DNA from: Rhizodiscina lignyota
Lineage: Eukaryota
Length of the DNA stretch: 64,000 bases
Assembly (NCBI GenBank): GCA_010015805.1
Contig: ML978125.1
Location: 124,001-188,000, forward strand
Direction of reading: 5' to 3'
This document shows, piece by piece, positions 21,643 through 31,921 of the stretch. Every line of letters starts with the position of its first letter. The first letter of the stretch is position 1. The position numbers and the translations under genes are program-made. The notes below the pieces were generated by a model. It saw only the letters and a program-made list of their open reading frames with translations, had not been told where the DNA came from and did no database searches.

Positions 21643-23353
21643 TCAACCACCCGCACCCAACATCTCAATCATACCCAACGTACTCCACGCCTGCTGGCTC
21701 AGCTCCACATTCTTCCTCACCCTCTCATGCAATACCCTAATCGCGTGGTCGACCTCAGGGCTTTGGCCCATGTGCTCGGAATACAGGTCCAACACGAGAC
21801 AACCAATGTCTGTCGTCAACTTGGCGCATCGCGGGTCGTTGATCGCTCTGATGAGCCATTTGATGATTGGGAGAAGCGTGACTTCGTCTCTGCCCTTTAA
21901 TGCGGTACGCAGGGCAGAGCGGTGCTTGAGGGCAGTGAGGAGGGTGAGTTGGGCTTGACGGTTGTTGTTCTGTGATGTGTCAATTCATGGGGATGGGATG
22001 GTTGTGAGGAAGGGCAGCAAATACCTCAAGGACAATATCAAGAGCCTTTTCATACATGCCCTGCCGCAGCGCCTTCTCCCACGGTGCGTGGTGCTTGAGA
22101 TTGTTGAGCCTGCCTCGTGCGTTTCCGTCAATGACGATGTCCGCTCCTTCACCTGTGTAATCCTTCCCTCTCATGTTCCTCTCCCACATCTTGCCTTTCT
22201 TCCGCCGTCGGCTGCTCTTCTTCATGTCATACTCCTCGATCCGCCCTTCGACAAGCGCCTGCATCTCTTTCTCCTTCTCTTTCGCCTGCGCCTTCTGCTG
22301 CCCCGACAGGCGCGTCTTGATCGACAAGACGCCAGACTGCATACCCACGAGCAGGTGCTTATCTTCCTGGGCACTGCCCTCCGCCATCATGCCCAACGAC
22401 AAGATGGGAGAGCGGTACTTCGATCCCGCGACGACTTTCCAACTCGTTGTCTCGAAGACCTTCACGTGTCCGTCCAGACCGCCTGTCAGGACTCTCGAGC
22501 CGTGGCTCGCGAGCGCTAGGCTAGTTACTGTCTTCTGATGATTCCTGAGCAGTTCTAAAGGCCGCGCAGCAACCAGATCCAGCACTGCGACCGTGCTGTC
22601 CGCGCTCGCGAGCAGCGTGGTGCCCATCGGCATCGGCAAGACGGCTTCCACAGGGGCTGCCATTGCGAATGTCATCACGTTGCCTCTGCTCTTGCCCTCT
22701 CCGACTCTTGCATCCCACAGCCGCACTGTCTTGTCATAGCTGCCACTCGCTATCATCGCCGCATCAGAACCTCCTGCGCTAGTCATCCACTCCCCCGCCC
22801 TCACATAGTCCCCATGTCCCCAAAACTCTCTCACGCTCTTCTCTTCTGTCAAATCCCACAGCCTAACCCCCTGATCGTCCCCACAGCTCATCAAATCCGT
22901 CAGTGGGCCGTTCTGTCGCCATCTCGTCACCCACACAGGCTGTTTCCGCTCGCGCCACGTCTTCAGCACTGCTCTTGAAGAGGTGTCGAATACTTGAATC
23001 AATCCACTGTCGCTGCCCGCTACGACGACCCGTCCGTCACGCCGGATGTGCGCACTGCGAGCGGTGTTGCCGGCGTCGAAGCGCGTGATGTTCTTGAGCG
23101 GTTTGCGCGTGCGCGAGGAGAAGATTTGGAGAAGGGAGCCCGATGTGACGGCAAATGTGTCGAGCGCATTTTGCGAAGGGAGAGAGGATGAGGGCACTAT
23201 TTGTGGTGTGGTTATGCTGGTGATGGGGTTCGAGTGGTGCGACGGGATTTGGAGCTGGGATGAGAAGCGCGCCCAGTACCTTTGATCGGGGGTGGTGGGT
23301 GCTGGCCCGGCTGCGAGCCTCAGAGGTTGTAGAGGTTGGACTTCTGCGGCCAT
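21643..23353 (-). CDS. UTP15: U3 snoRNA-associated protein 15 (WD40 + UTP15_C)
   Basis: WD40 repeats (GHGDYVR, SGSYDKTVRLWD, NHQKTVTSL, GGLDGHVKVFE). After an intron (~21970-22024) the last exon encodes LTLLTALKHRSALRTALKGRDE...LGMIEMLGAGG*. Confidence 0.92.
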
Positions 23354-23690
23354 TGTTGAGGTTGTAAGAGAGAGAGGGTTGTTGCAGGGGTGGTGAATTG
23401 ATCTTGGTGGTCAGGATTGCGGAGGCCGATATAAATTTTGGCGGTGACGTCGGGAAAAATTGCCGATGTGAGATTGGGCAGGATCTACCGATAGAAGCAC
23501 GTGCGCCACACCTGTATGAGATTTGCTTGACATGCCAAATTTATTTTCCATGCCGAGTATGCATATATACAGTTGCAGTTTTCAAATGAGTCTACTAACG
23601 AATATAGTTGCCCGTTTCATTGTATACTATCTTCCCTATGATGCTACCTGCCGACGTTGGAATAAATCACAGCTCCCGCCAAACCGCTCT

Positions 23691-25328
23691 TTATATCTTC
23701 GATCTAGTATCCTTCGCTCTCACTATATGTTCCACGGCGAGGTAGCCGAACACAAGTCCTCGACAGACACTGAAGCCACTGTTGTACCCAGTGCCCATCA
23801 TACTCGGCGATGACACAACGCCAATAGCATATAACCCAGAGATGACATTGCCTGCAGTATCGAGAACTTGGCCATTAAGTCCAGTCCTCACACCTGCATT
23901 CCCAATACCAGTATTCAGAATGCGCCAATTCATGCCGAAGAAAGGCCCACGTTCGATCGGCCCTAACAACGAGGACGGCTTGTGTGATGGGTCGCCTAGA
24001 AATTTGACTGCCCAGTCATTCTCGCCCCGCTTGAAGTCTGGGTCCTTGCCTTCCTTGGCATATTTATTGAAGCGCTCGACACTGGCAACAAATGTATCTG
24101 CGTCAATATTGAGCTTAGAAGCTAGTTCACGCAAACTCGGCGCCGTCGAGACTTTCATCTCTCCTGGATAAGGCTGTCCGGGTCCAGCTGGTGGAAGCCC
24201 GTACTTCTGATGGTGATCCTCATCCCAAACCAGAAAGAAAGGATTCGTCCCTTTTCCTGTGGCGATAGCAGTAACAACTGACCGGTAGTAAGAGTCGTCA
24301 CAAAAGCGCTTCCCCGTTGAATCTACAAGCATCGAGTGCGGCCACCCCATTGTTGACGCCCCGTATCGGAAGCCCAGGTCGTCTTGGTGTGGCGAAGCCA
24401 TCCGATAACCAGGGATGTGCATGGCTCTATCGATAGGCATTTTGACAATGTCAGCTCCTATCTCTCTTGCCATCAAATGCCCGTCGCCACGAATACCCGG
24501 CGGAGCCACGGACCCAGTCTCTTCTCGCCGCATCTCCGAATACTGATTGACCAAGTCGAAGTTCCAGTCGTACGAGCCTGTCGCAAGAATCACGGTGCCG
24601 TTGAAGGTGGTACGGCCATCAGAAGTCTTGCATTCGATTCCAGTAACAGCGTCATTATTTCTAACCAACTTGATGCCGCGGTGGCCCGTTAGGATTGGAA
24701 CACCCCGCCGCCTCAAACCGACTAGTAAGTGTGCAGCTACACCGGTACCCATAGTCAGAACATCTTCAGCCTGACGTTGGGCGATCAGAGCGTCAAGTTT
24801 GTTAATATCACCGCCGATGCCAAATATCTCGGCATACGTCGGACCGGGCGGGTGGTGAGGACTGTATAAGAGTTTGGGCCGAAGCTCCCCCAGGGCAGCG
24901 CCATCTAGGGGTGCTGCAGCGAGATACCGTCCTGAGCTCTTTGAACCCGCCACTTGGGGATAGTAGTAATCCGGAAAATCACGGATTAATTCCCACTTCA
25001 TGGCCTGGCATCGTTCTAAATCTTCCAAGACCCGTGGTGCTTCAGTGATCCATTGCTCCAACAACTGCTCGTCCAACTTGCTGGGGTCATCGTTGAGTGC
25101 TTTGACATATGCGCGTGTCTCCTCAAGGGTGTCTTCGATACCTTCGCGGATCATCAAATGATTCTTTCCCACCCAAACTTGGCCTGCTGAAAAAGCCGAT
25201 GAACCTCCAACCTTGTTATATGCTTCGAGAATGACGACGCGAAGTCCTAAATCATGCGCACGTATGGCAGCCGAAAGCCCGCTAGCACCGGAGCCAACTA
25301 CCACGACATCGTATTCGTTCTTCGTCAT
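23691..25328 (-). CDS. FAD-dependent oxidoreductase, 3-ketosteroid-delta1-dehydrogenase (KstD)-like
   Basis: DVVVVGSGASG, VGGSSAFSAGQVW, FPDYYYP, VILATGSY, GKRFCDD, GKDPDFKRGE and ISGLYAIG are motifs of the FAD_binding_2/KstD group. Intronless, 545 aa. Confidence 0.8.
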   Translation of the reverse strand: MTKNEYDVVVVGSGASGLSAAIRAHDLGLRVVILEAYNKVGGSSAFSAGQVWVGKNHLMIREGIEDTLEETRAYVKALNDDPSKLDEQLLEQWITEAPRVLEDLERCQAMKWELIRDFPDYYYPQVAGSKSSGRYLAAAPLDGAALGELRPKLLYSPHHPPGPTYAEIFGIGGDINKLDALIAQRQAEDVLTMGTGVAAHLLVGLRRRGVPILTGHRGIKLVRNNDAVTGIECKTSDGRTTFNGTVILATGSYDWNFDLVNQYSEMRREETGSVAPPGIRGDGHLMAREIGADIVKMPIDRAMHIPGYRMASPHQDDLGFRYGASTMGWPHSMLVDSTGKRFCDDSYYRSVVTAIATGKGTNPFFLVWDEDHHQKYGLPPAGPGQPYPGEMKVSTAPSLRELASKLNIDADTFVASVERFNKYAKEGKDPDFKRGENDWAVKFLGDPSHKPSSLLGPIERGPFFGMNWRILNTGIGNAGVRTGLNGQVLDTAGNVISGLYAIGVVSSPSMMGTGYNSGFSVCRGLVFGYLAVEHIVRAKDTRSKI

Positions 25329-26133
25329 GGCTGATCAAGTACTCAATTCGCTGGTTGCTAGAAAGAGATTGGCCCGTTTGTATGAGCTTGGTAAAGCGTA
25401 ATGTAGTGATGACGCGACCGCTTAGAGTTCTAAAATTCAAACAGAGTGCGCAACAGAAAACATAGACACGGGCTAGCTGTATTCCGAGACTGAAATATTA
25501 GAGAAGGGGAACCAAATGACCACATATAACTTATAAGAGCATTCTAATTTCGAGCTTCTTTGATGCCGTTAGCTCGGATAACGCAAGCATAAGATATTCC
25601 AGGTGCGAGCAGAGGCATGGCGGGCTGGACGAGAGGTTCTCTGTTTAACATTTCACATAGCTGGCGCCATATGGCGTACACGTAAGGCGTACAGGATGAT
25701 TTCCTGCCCTGCTCTGCTGTTTTCCCAACTGTTTGGGGTCAAATGCTGGGAAGGAGGTTTGATTTTCTTCCCCTCGAAGAGTCTTGGCATTATCACGTGA
25801 ACTCTCAGGATAGCGAAAAGTCAAACTAAGATAAAATCGAAAGAATTAAAAGGTAAATGATACCTTGAGGTGCTGGTAGAGCCTTTGTTTTAAAGGCAAC
25901 AGCTAATGAACAAGGAAGTGCAAATAGGGGTGGAGGGGCATGGATTTGTCCTTGAACACGTGTATATGAATGAGCAATATGACGCTAACTGAGTTTGGAA
26001 ATGGGGTTGGTGATACCTGGTCATTGGAATCACAATGATCTTTCTTTACCCATTCCTGTTTCAGCGGCCTCATTCGAAGTCTCAGTTATCTATCCGACAT
26101 CTACTAGGCCATATTCCACATCACCTCTTTGCA

Positions 26134-27283
26134 ATGACCCAGGCTAGAACAGAAGCATCGCGCTTAGGATATGAGCACTCGGCAGCATATGACTCCGGTT
26201 TTCTTCCGGTAGGTGACATCCACAAGCTTTGGTATGAGCAATACGGTCAACAGGGCGGGAAGCCAGGTAAGATTTTGGACCACACCCTTAGTAATAACAC
26301 GATTCCGTATGCTCAGCCATCACTCCGTAGTCATATTCCTCCACGGTGGCCCAGGAGGAAAGACAACAATCCAGAACACCGCATTCTTCAATCCCGCCGT
26401 CTACCGTGTCGTCCTTCTTGACCAACGCGGTTGCGGAAAGTCTACGCCACCGGCAGATCTCCGTGAGAACACGTCCCATCATCTTGTGTCTGACATAGAA
26501 GCGTTGCGAAAGCACCTTCAAATTCCGAAGTGGCACCTTGTCTTTGGCGGCTCGTGGGGATCATGCCTCTCTCTTCTATATGCCCAGACGCATCCCGAAG
26601 CAGTTGGCTCGCTTGTCATCCGCGGTATTTTTACCGTACGAAAAGCTGAGCTCGCTTGGTTCTACGAGGGGGGCATCAGCCAGTTCTTTCCTCAGCAGTA
26701 TGATGCGTTCATAAATTTCCTGCCCGAGGACAAAAGAAGCGATGCCATGTCTGCCTACTACGCACTCATGACATCTGAAGATAAAGCGACGAGACTGTCG
26801 GCTGCTAGATCATGGAGCGAAATGGAGTTGTGTACAAGCAACCTATTCATTGACCAGGAAGGCCTCAAAAAGCTTGACGATGAAGTTTGGGTCCTTGCTC
26901 ATTCCAGAATAGAGGCCCACTACTTCAAACACGGCGCGTGGATAGAAGACGGGCAGCTATTAAAGACCGAAAATATTGACAAGATAAGACACATTCCAAG
27001 TTGAGTCTAAGCAGCATATGTATATCCGGCTATTCATTAACCATAACAGCTACAATCGTGCAAGGACGATACGATATGGTGTGCACGCCTCGGACGGCGT
27101 ATGATTTGCACAAGGCGTGGCCTGAATCGACTTTGATTTGGATTCCCGATGCCGGACATAGTGCTGAGGTAATTAGATCACCTCTCTTGAAGAATACCGC
27201 ACTGACACTTGCAAACACCATCACAGGAGCCAGGCACCAAGAAAACTCTGATCGAGATCTGTGATCAGTATGCTGAGCTGTGA
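26134..27283 (+). CDS. Proline iminopeptidase (S33 alpha/beta hydrolase)
   Basis: FLHGGPGG, DQRGCGKS, FGGSWGS nucleophile motif, IVQGRYDMVC and DAGHSA. Three introns; ends ICDQYAEL* at 27283. An in-frame upstream ATG is at 26035. Confidence 0.92.
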
Positions 27284-27470
27284 GGAAAACGTACGCTGTG
27301 AATAATTCTGCAGTATCTTTCCCTGCGAGAAGCGGAGGTTCGCAAGAATTCGCCTTGAGGACCGTAGAGCAATAGCTCAGACCCTCTCAAATCTGTGTAG
27401 CGAGAATACTCTGCCAGTGAGGCTGAGGCGCAGCGCATGCTACTGCACTGCCATAGCTTTGAGGTCTCTT

Positions 27471-28571
27471 TCAAGCCACCTGGCTCTTTGGCCATTCCAG
27501 AAATCTCTGCCACTGCTCATCCAGCGTCTCCGCAACGGTCGTAACTGTCCACTTTCCCCATCCTCCGATCCAAAAGAACTGCGAGCAATGATGCAAACAA
27601 ACCGCCCAGTGCGCCAGTATAATCATTGCAATTGGCTCCTGAGCCTCCAACGCTGTAAAATAACGTGTCGGGACCATTCCAGGCCAGAAAAGGACCACAG
27701 TCACAGCATTCGGAGTCCACATGAGCCGTCGATGCGTTCGCTTCATCTTCTCAATCGTCAAGATGTACATATCTCTTTTGCTCACATCTTCGAGAAGTTG
27801 AGCAACATGCTGTGCTAAGTAACCCAGAGAAGCCTCTGCTTCAGGAGCTGGTTGCTCCTCGCTCCAGAGTGCAACGACTCGCGCGCGGATGAATGGGCTG
27901 ATGTTCGAATCTGGACTAGTTTTCCAGCCCATGCGGTACAGTTTTACAACGCCATCAAAGAGACTGACTACTCGTTTCAGCTGCTGTAATTGGCTGCGAT
28001 CGTTGCTGTCCGTTTTCGAGGTGGCCAGCGGCACGGCAAAAGAGCAAGCGACAATTAGGCCAGCGCATGTCAGAGCTGGCTCGCAGTTATCCGTATTGAT
28101 GTCGCTCAATATTGGGCGGAACCTCTCCAAGGCTGAATTTTGGTGGTTCAAGGCCACATCGAGGTAAGTCTGCCTGATACTAGCATGATCGCTTCCAATT
28201 GCCGAGTGAAGAGCTGCAAATGCCAGGACGATGAAGTACAAGTAGTCATGAGAATGACTGAACTTGCGGATAGCAGAATCCCAATGGTGAAGGCCGTCTT
28301 CTTTAGATGCACCCGTAAGTATCGGAGAGACAGCTGTGATGTAGTGCTCGTATAGCTGCTTGTTGGCCTGGGGGGTTTTGTCAACAGCAGCAAGCACTTC
28401 CTTGGGAGGTGACTGCTCCGATCCCGCTATGGTTGGCGACGAACCCGAAGAGCTTCCTGCAACAATTGCAAGTTGGTATTGAAAAGGATTGTATGCAGAC
28501 CCCAGATGAGCATAGTTGCAATCTTGGTTCTTTGAGACGCATCTAGAACATCGCGGCTGCCCTTCATCGCA
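27471..28571 (-). CDS. Zn(II)2Cys6 transcription factor, Upc2/Ecm22-like C-terminal region; first exon unresolved
   Basis: The exon starting at 28571, after a TTAG acceptor, reads CDEGQPRCSRCVSKNQDCNY in frame with the 308-aa ORF containing ILAHWAVCLH..FFWIGGWG..WQRFLEWP. Confidence 0.75.
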   Translation of the reverse strand, partial: CDEGQPRCSRCVSKNQDCNYAHLGSAYNPFQYQLAIVAGSSSGSSPTIAGSEQSPPKEVLAAVDKTPQANKQLYEHYITAVSPILTGASKEDGLHHWDSAIRKFSHSHDYLYFIVLAFAALHSAIGSDHASIRQTYLDVALNHQNSALERFRPILSDINTDNCEPALTCAGLIVACSFAVPLATSKTDSNDRSQLQQLKRVVSLFDGVVKLYRMGWKTSPDSNISPFIRARVVALWSEEQPAPEAEASLGYLAQHVAQLLEDVSKRDMYILTIEKMKRTHRRLMWTPNAVTVVLFWPGMVPTRYFTALEAQEPIAMIILAHWAVCLHHCSQFFWIGGWGKWTVTTVAETLDEQWQRFLEWPKSQVA

Positions 28572-29999
28572 CTAAGACGCCTGAAAATCAGCCCAGTCTA
28601 CGACGATGAACAGTACCTTAGAAAAGAAGTACGAAAATTCCATAGAGGAAATGTCAGGAGGTGATCAGTACACCCCATAGCCTTAGCGCTTCTCCTGTAT
28701 ATAAGCGAGCACCTTGAGAGCTTCCTTCCTTCAATCAATCAACTCACATTGATCATTCGTGCTCTGATAGGAAAACTGCCGGACATGGCCGAAAATGCAC
28801 AAAGGAACTTGCCTTCACTCTTTTAGCTTTGCATTCTCGGCACCCGTGGTGGGAGTTGGTATGGGACCGTCTGGACGACATACTCTTGCAACATTGCCGT
28901 CAGAGGCATTTCTGCCCACTTATGGACTGCCCTTCAACACCTGTGGAACATTCACTGAACGTGTCCACACGCGTCAGCCTCAGTTGATGTCGAAGATGAG
29001 CGAAGGAATCTGCCGAGGAAACCCCGACGGCGACGGGCATCGGCGAGTTTGGATGAAGAGTTAGAGTCTCTTCTTCAGTGAGGATTACATTTATTTGAAC
29101 CTTGCAATCTTAAGAGGTACTAGCCTGCCCATATTGAATTGGACTTTCTCTAAAGCTTGAGCTTGTGTAGAGACGCAGAACTCGTCGTTACTGCAACCTT
29201 TGCAGCCTTCATGGGAAGTCGAATCTTTCCATCTTTCCCATAGAGAAATGTCAGACTCTGCGAAGCAGTACGACTTGATTAAGCTTCAGCCGAAGTATGT
29301 TGTACTGAGTTTTCAGTGGTACTCTCGATCGATCAAGCTGGAGAACGAGACTCGACCGTACAGCACCCTTTCAGCCGCACCCTAGCCTGCCGTTTCGTCA
29401 CCTTCGATTCAGGCGCAAGCTGCCTCATTCACACAGCAAGGAAGAGTCAATCTTTCATCATTCGTATACAATTATTCCTGCATGCAATCGATTTTTGGAT
29501 TCTTTGGATTCGATTGGAATGCTCTGAACAAAGGGTTCCGTTCTGCCACCAACCGATAGAGTACAAGGGTCCACACCCTTCGCCGCGGCAATGTTTCATT
29601 CCATACATTACCATCATAAGTTTAGCGACAAAAGTTCAAGCCGCCTAGGGGCCTGTCTTGTTATCTTGTTGCCATTGTCTTAGGGTCCTTGCTTTGCGTT
29701 GTCCCGCAGCTTGATGCTATCAAGTTGAGTACAGACTCGGGACTTTGTGACCGGAAATTGTCTTTGTACGGATTCGTCACGAATTCACGCCGCAAACGGT
29801 GCAAGACGCATCATGGATTCACCCAATCTTTCTCTTCTTTGTTCTTGCGGAATTGGTAGAGTTATAGCTAACACAGAACGTCACGAATTATGAGTTACCA
29901 GCCTCATGTCTCCTTTGCTCGAACATTTCTCAGGGCTTCCGGTATTCGTTCTCGACTACAATACGATACCGCTGACCTCCTCAGAGACGCTGTCTGAAT

Positions 30000-31589
30000 A
30001 TGGTCCAAACACGAAGCCAGACTGGAAAGCAAACGAACAAACCCATCTATTATTCGGAGCCCCCAAAGGCTACAAAACCTGCCACAAAGAGGAAGAGGAA
30101 GAACGACCCCGAGAAGGGGGAGAAGAAAGAGAACAGCAAGAAGGCCAAGAAGGATAAGAAGAACAATAATGCTAAGGCAGCTGTCGAGGAAGCGGCAGGA
30201 GCCATTCCCGATACTGTTTCTAATGTCGTCGACGCGGTCACAAGCACTGTTGGTGAGGCTGCCACTACCTTGAAAGATGCGGCCACGAACCAACCGAGCT
30301 CGGCGAAAGTGCCAAAAGTTCCAAGCGCTGCAAAAGAGGACAAATCTCCTCTTAAAAGTGGACCGTCTACGATCAAGATAGATCCACCATCAACAAACAA
30401 GGACAAAGAAGCCAGCACGCCCACCGAAGCCAAAATGACAACCTTGCCGGGGGCGGGTTCCAAAAACATCGATGAGCTATTTGAGGACCAGAATGAGCCA
30501 GCTGAAGCCTCGTCCACCGACGAGAGGACAGAGTCCAAAGAGAAAGAAAGGATCAATCCATTCAAAGGCATCTCTACCGGTAAGAAGACCTACACAAGCA
30601 TCGATGATGCGTTGAAAGAGTTTTGTGAATCCGGAGGGAGCAACTTGCAGTACTTGCCGCAAGCAACTTCCGAGCTGACGCAACAGTGTGTCCAGGGGAG
30701 CTCTACAAATCCCTATGATGCGCTGCGGACGTATTTTCGGTGCTTTCAGCAAGCGAAGGAGCAAGCAAAGGCTCCAGACCCCTCCCTGTCACACAATCTT
30801 GAGCAACTCTTCAATAAGACCTTCAGCAACCGTACCTGCACAATGCCCCATATTCGGCATTCATCAACACTTTCAGGTCTTTCTTCTTCAAAGATCAAGC
30901 TCACTGGTAGTGGAGTGCTAAATCTCGGGTCCCCAGGGTCGCCATTCGACATCAACAGCGCGCATGACTGCCCTTCGAAGCTTCTCGATTCAGGCCCCAC
31001 GACCGCTTTGCACGACCGTTCGACACATGCAGTCACTCCAAAATATTCTCCAACGTCCCCGCACACGTCCTCGTCCACGGGCAAGCCGACTATATCACCG
31101 CCGAGTTATTCAAGGCTCACCCAAGTGGGACCTGGGCCTAAGCTGTACGATCCAACGGAAACGTCGCCTGCCTCAGAGCATAACCCGTTCGCCGCTTCTA
31201 TTTATATGGGGTCGTCGTACAGTCCAACCGCATCTTCGCTTGGCATGACGACGTACAGCCCGCCATCGCCAAGATACGCCACCAAGCCGGTAAACTGGGG
31301 TAGTTTGTCCGGCAAAAATCCGAGTGAGGGTAACACTAGGAAGGCAGTGTACAACCCATCGATGGGCATAACGGGGCCGCAGGGTCCGAGCTATAGCCCG
31401 ACGTCGCCAGGATTTGTCTCCAAGCCAGTGCTCTGGGGTAGTCCGTTTGAGGCAAAACCGAGTGAGCGGAAAACTGAGGGAGCGAAGATTGGTCCGAATA
31501 ATCTATTTGGCAACAAGTCGTTGGATCCACGAAAGGATTCGGAGCCGTCTGATGCAAATGGCAGCCCAGTCAGAGGCTTGGATGCTTGA
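30000..31589 (+). CDS. Hypothetical low-complexity protein (K-rich N-terminus, YSPTSP-like repeats)
   Basis: 529-aa uninterrupted ATG ORF with a basic cluster (TKRKRK) and an S/P/T-rich C-terminal half. No recognised family. Confidence 0.7.
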   Translation: MVQTRSQTGKQTNKPIYYSEPPKATKPATKRKRKNDPEKGEKKENSKKAKKDKKNNNAKAAVEEAAGAIPDTVSNVVDAVTSTVGEAATTLKDAATNQPSSAKVPKVPSAAKEDKSPLKSGPSTIKIDPPSTNKDKEASTPTEAKMTTLPGAGSKNIDELFEDQNEPAEASSTDERTESKEKERINPFKGISTGKKTYTSIDDALKEFCESGGSNLQYLPQATSELTQQCVQGSSTNPYDALRTYFRCFQQAKEQAKAPDPSLSHNLEQLFNKTFSNRTCTMPHIRHSSTLSGLSSSKIKLTGSGVLNLGSPGSPFDINSAHDCPSKLLDSGPTTALHDRSTHAVTPKYSPTSPHTSSSTGKPTISPPSYSRLTQVGPGPKLYDPTETSPASEHNPFAASIYMGSSYSPTASSLGMTTYSPPSPRYATKPVNWGSLSGKNPSEGNTRKAVYNPSMGITGPQGPSYSPTSPGFVSKPVLWGSPFEAKPSERKTEGAKIGPNNLFGNKSLDPRKDSEPSDANGSPVRGLDA

Positions 31590-31921
31590 TAGACGCGCTT
31601 CGGATATCGGAGTATTTGCAAGCTTCGGCGCGTTAGAGCTTTGTAGATTCAGGATGCATTCTGTTTTACTCATATAGGCATACATGAAAAGAGTAGTTGT
31701 AACAGACACGTATTAATAGCAAATAATCCAAATCCATTTCTGTATTATTTCGTCGGCATTTACAGTATATGTTGCTCGTGATCCGTTCTCGTATATACAG
31801 CGGTAATGCAATCACGCATTCCCATTACTACTCTATTAAGTTTGACTCTCTCTATACCCAAGATTCTATAAATATCAATTACGCTTATACTAAACACTAA
31901 TGTAGGTTTTCACCTCTCTCA

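Noticed and set aside
20315..21900. 273-aa and 219-aa ORFs
   Set aside because: They have non-ATG starts and are largely antisense to Cdt1 and to the UTP15 last exon.
26134..27283. Proline iminopeptidase as the gasdermin-activating protease
   Set aside because: It is an N-terminal exopeptidase family and lies 20 kb away beyond housekeeping genes.
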